The notes below the pieces were generated by a model. The model worked only from the letters and a program-made list of their open reading frames with translations, searched no databases and had not been told where the DNA came from. Below are positions 61,945 to 64,000 of a DNA stretch of 64,000 nt, piece after piece; the first letter of the stretch is position 1, and each line of letters begins with the position of its first letter. This stretch comes from Chrysomallon squamiferum (Eukaryota; Animalia; Mollusca). The DNA lies in contig CM022678.1 of assembly GCA_012295275.1 (NCBI GenBank), positions 1,798,001 to 1,862,000 of the forward strand. Direction: 5' to 3'. The translations under genes were made by a program, and so were the position numbers.

Positions 61945-62281
61945 CATTATCATCATCATCATCATCATCATCATTATTATTATTATCTTATTTTTATTAT
62001 TTTTATTAGCATTATTTTATTTAATATGAATGTATAATTGTATTTGTAATGTGTGCGTGCTTCATTTTATTATGTGTATATTTCATTTATAGTAAATGGT
62101 GATTATGTTAATATGTACAAACTGTTGTTCTGTTCTCCTCTCTCACACGCACAGACACACACACACACACACACACATATATTTACAAATGTATAATATA
62201 TATGTTTATCCATACTAACACACAGGTAATGTATAATATAAATATATGCACCTATAAACAGCATATTTCAAAATATAACTC

Positions 62282-62353
<72 letters not shown>

Positions 62354-63060
62354 TCCATGTTACTCTAAGAAAAAATAGAAAAACAAATTTAAATAAATAA
62401 ATAAATAACCAACAAATAAAAGAAAATAAAAGAAAAAAAAAAAGAAAAAGAAAACAGAAGAATCAATCCAGAACGTTCTAGTGTTACTGAAAATTTTTAT
62501 TTATTTATTTATTATAATGTGTAACATTACAACTGCTCATTTCAATAAAAAGCTACATAATTTTTTTTTTTTTTTTTTTTTTTTATTATTATTTTATTTT
62601 ATTTTTTTTTTTATTTTTTTTTTTTTTTTATTTTATTTTTTTTTTTTTTTTTTTTTGAGAGATGAAAGGAACATCGAGAAAGCTGTGTTTATATAAACAG
62701 TCATTGTCATAATGCGTGGCTGACAGCAGACTGTTGGTGACGTCATTGACAACGAGGTTTCTTCTTCGGGTTGACAGGCTGCACAAATAGAAATGAGACG
62801 TCGTGGTTGCTGCAGTTGTCGCAGATGAGACTGATCTTAAAGTTTTGTCCATTCATTCATTCATTCATTCATTCATTCATTCATTTATTCATGCATTCTT
62901 TCGTTTATTCATTTATTCATCCATTAAGGTATTAATCTATGACAGACAAATTCTTACTAAAGAGAAACAGTCGCTGAGAATCATGCAGTGCAGTTTATAT
63001 CCACAGTTTTTAACTGTATCCAAAATACACAGAGTACCAGCAGTTCAAAATCAAAATAAC

Positions 63061-63189
63061 TACAGTTCATAATTCAAATAACTATAGTTCATAATTCAAA
63101 TACCTACAGTTCATAATTCAAATATCTACAGTTCATAATTCAAATATCTACAGTTCATAATTCAAATATCAACAGTTCATAATTCAAAT
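63061..63189. repeat. 22-bp tandem repeat (tacagttcataattcaaatatc), ~6 copies
   Basis: Direct reading; lies in a B-box gene intron. Confidence 0.85.
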
Positions 63190-63196
63190 GACTGAT

Positions 63197-63233
<37 letters not shown>

Positions 63234-63812
63234 CTATCATCATTGTTATTGTTGTTACTGATATTATTATTATATTGTTATAATAATAATAATAATAATA
63301 ATAATAATTTGTTATTATTGTTGTTGTTGTATAATGTAAACAAACATTCTGCGTATTTCAAAATTATTTATCTCTGCCAATCAAGTTCGGTTAATTAGAA
63401 ACACTTTTGGATTCAGAGAAATTGAGGTTTTGTTCATTTTTATTTTTGTCTGATAAAAAAAATTACAAACATTCGTACGACTGCATCAATGAAGTATCGT
63501 AAAGAGATGATGATGAACAAGAAAAATGTGTTGATGATGATGATGCTGATGATGATGATAATAATAAAAATAAAAGATTCTTCATCTGCAGTCTTTCAGG
63601 ATGTTTTGGACAATTCGCTATATAACATGACGTCACAAAAAATAAATAAAAAATAAAATAAAAAAGAATCCTAACATTTTCTGTTTACTTTATAGCTGTA
63701 CTTTATTATCATTAAACACTGAACGCCAGAAACAACTCGCTGGATGTAAGCAGAATGTGTTTATGGATAACAAAATCGTAAGAAATGATGCAGTTCAATT
63801 AGTAAAACCTAC

Positions 63813-64000
63813 CTTCAAGCTGTCCGGTAAGATCTTTCTCCGTCCGGATGTGGTGGTCGAAGCTGCTGCTGCTGCTGTTGCTGTTGTCGCGGTCACTGCA
63901 TGGAGTGGCGGTGCCGATGGCGTTATGGAGACCGACGTTACTGCTGATGTTGACGCTGGCCTGGGTAGAAGCTTTGGTAATGAGGTCACTCCTGATGCTG
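63813..64000 (-). CDS. B-box gene: Ser/Thr/Ala-rich exon, truncated by the window end (..ASGVTSLPKLLPRPASTS...RRKILPDSLK)
   Basis: GC-rich open frame ending in the donor AAG|gtaggt, phase 0. Confidence 0.65.

Overview
This is AT-rich, microsatellite-saturated animal genomic DNA. It is probably an invertebrate and plausibly a mollusc, which I infer from the repeat style, intron structure and mosaic CpG content. Almost every ORF in the supplied track is a translated microsatellite. Three real spliced genes can be read, all on the minus strand. (1) A complete SLC20/PiT-type Na+-phosphate symporter: 12 coding exons across 16547-31552, 522 aa, with a probable non-coding first exon ending at 39573. 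(2) A complete two-exon, 330-aa secreted and probably GPI-anchored LRR protein (49298-53572) whose seven atypical repeats lack the Asn ladder and carry an invariant Tyr. (3) The 3' part of a gene encoding a Ser/Thr/Ala-rich region, a single B-box and a short coiled coil (about 59232 to beyond 64000). Also present are a ~300-bp MITE-like element, tRNA-derived SINE remnants, several minisatellites and an orphan promoter-like island near 10.1 kb. The best leads are the Tyr-ladder LRR protein, a uORF created by splicing just upstream of the PiT start codon, a 28-bp minisatellite built from a PiT exon end plus its splice donor, and strong enrichment of GTCACGTGAC and TGACGTCA palindromes outside a CpG-depleted gene-body domain. 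I found no prokaryote-type system, CRISPR array or intact autonomous transposon. All gene models were read by eye and lack transcript support.
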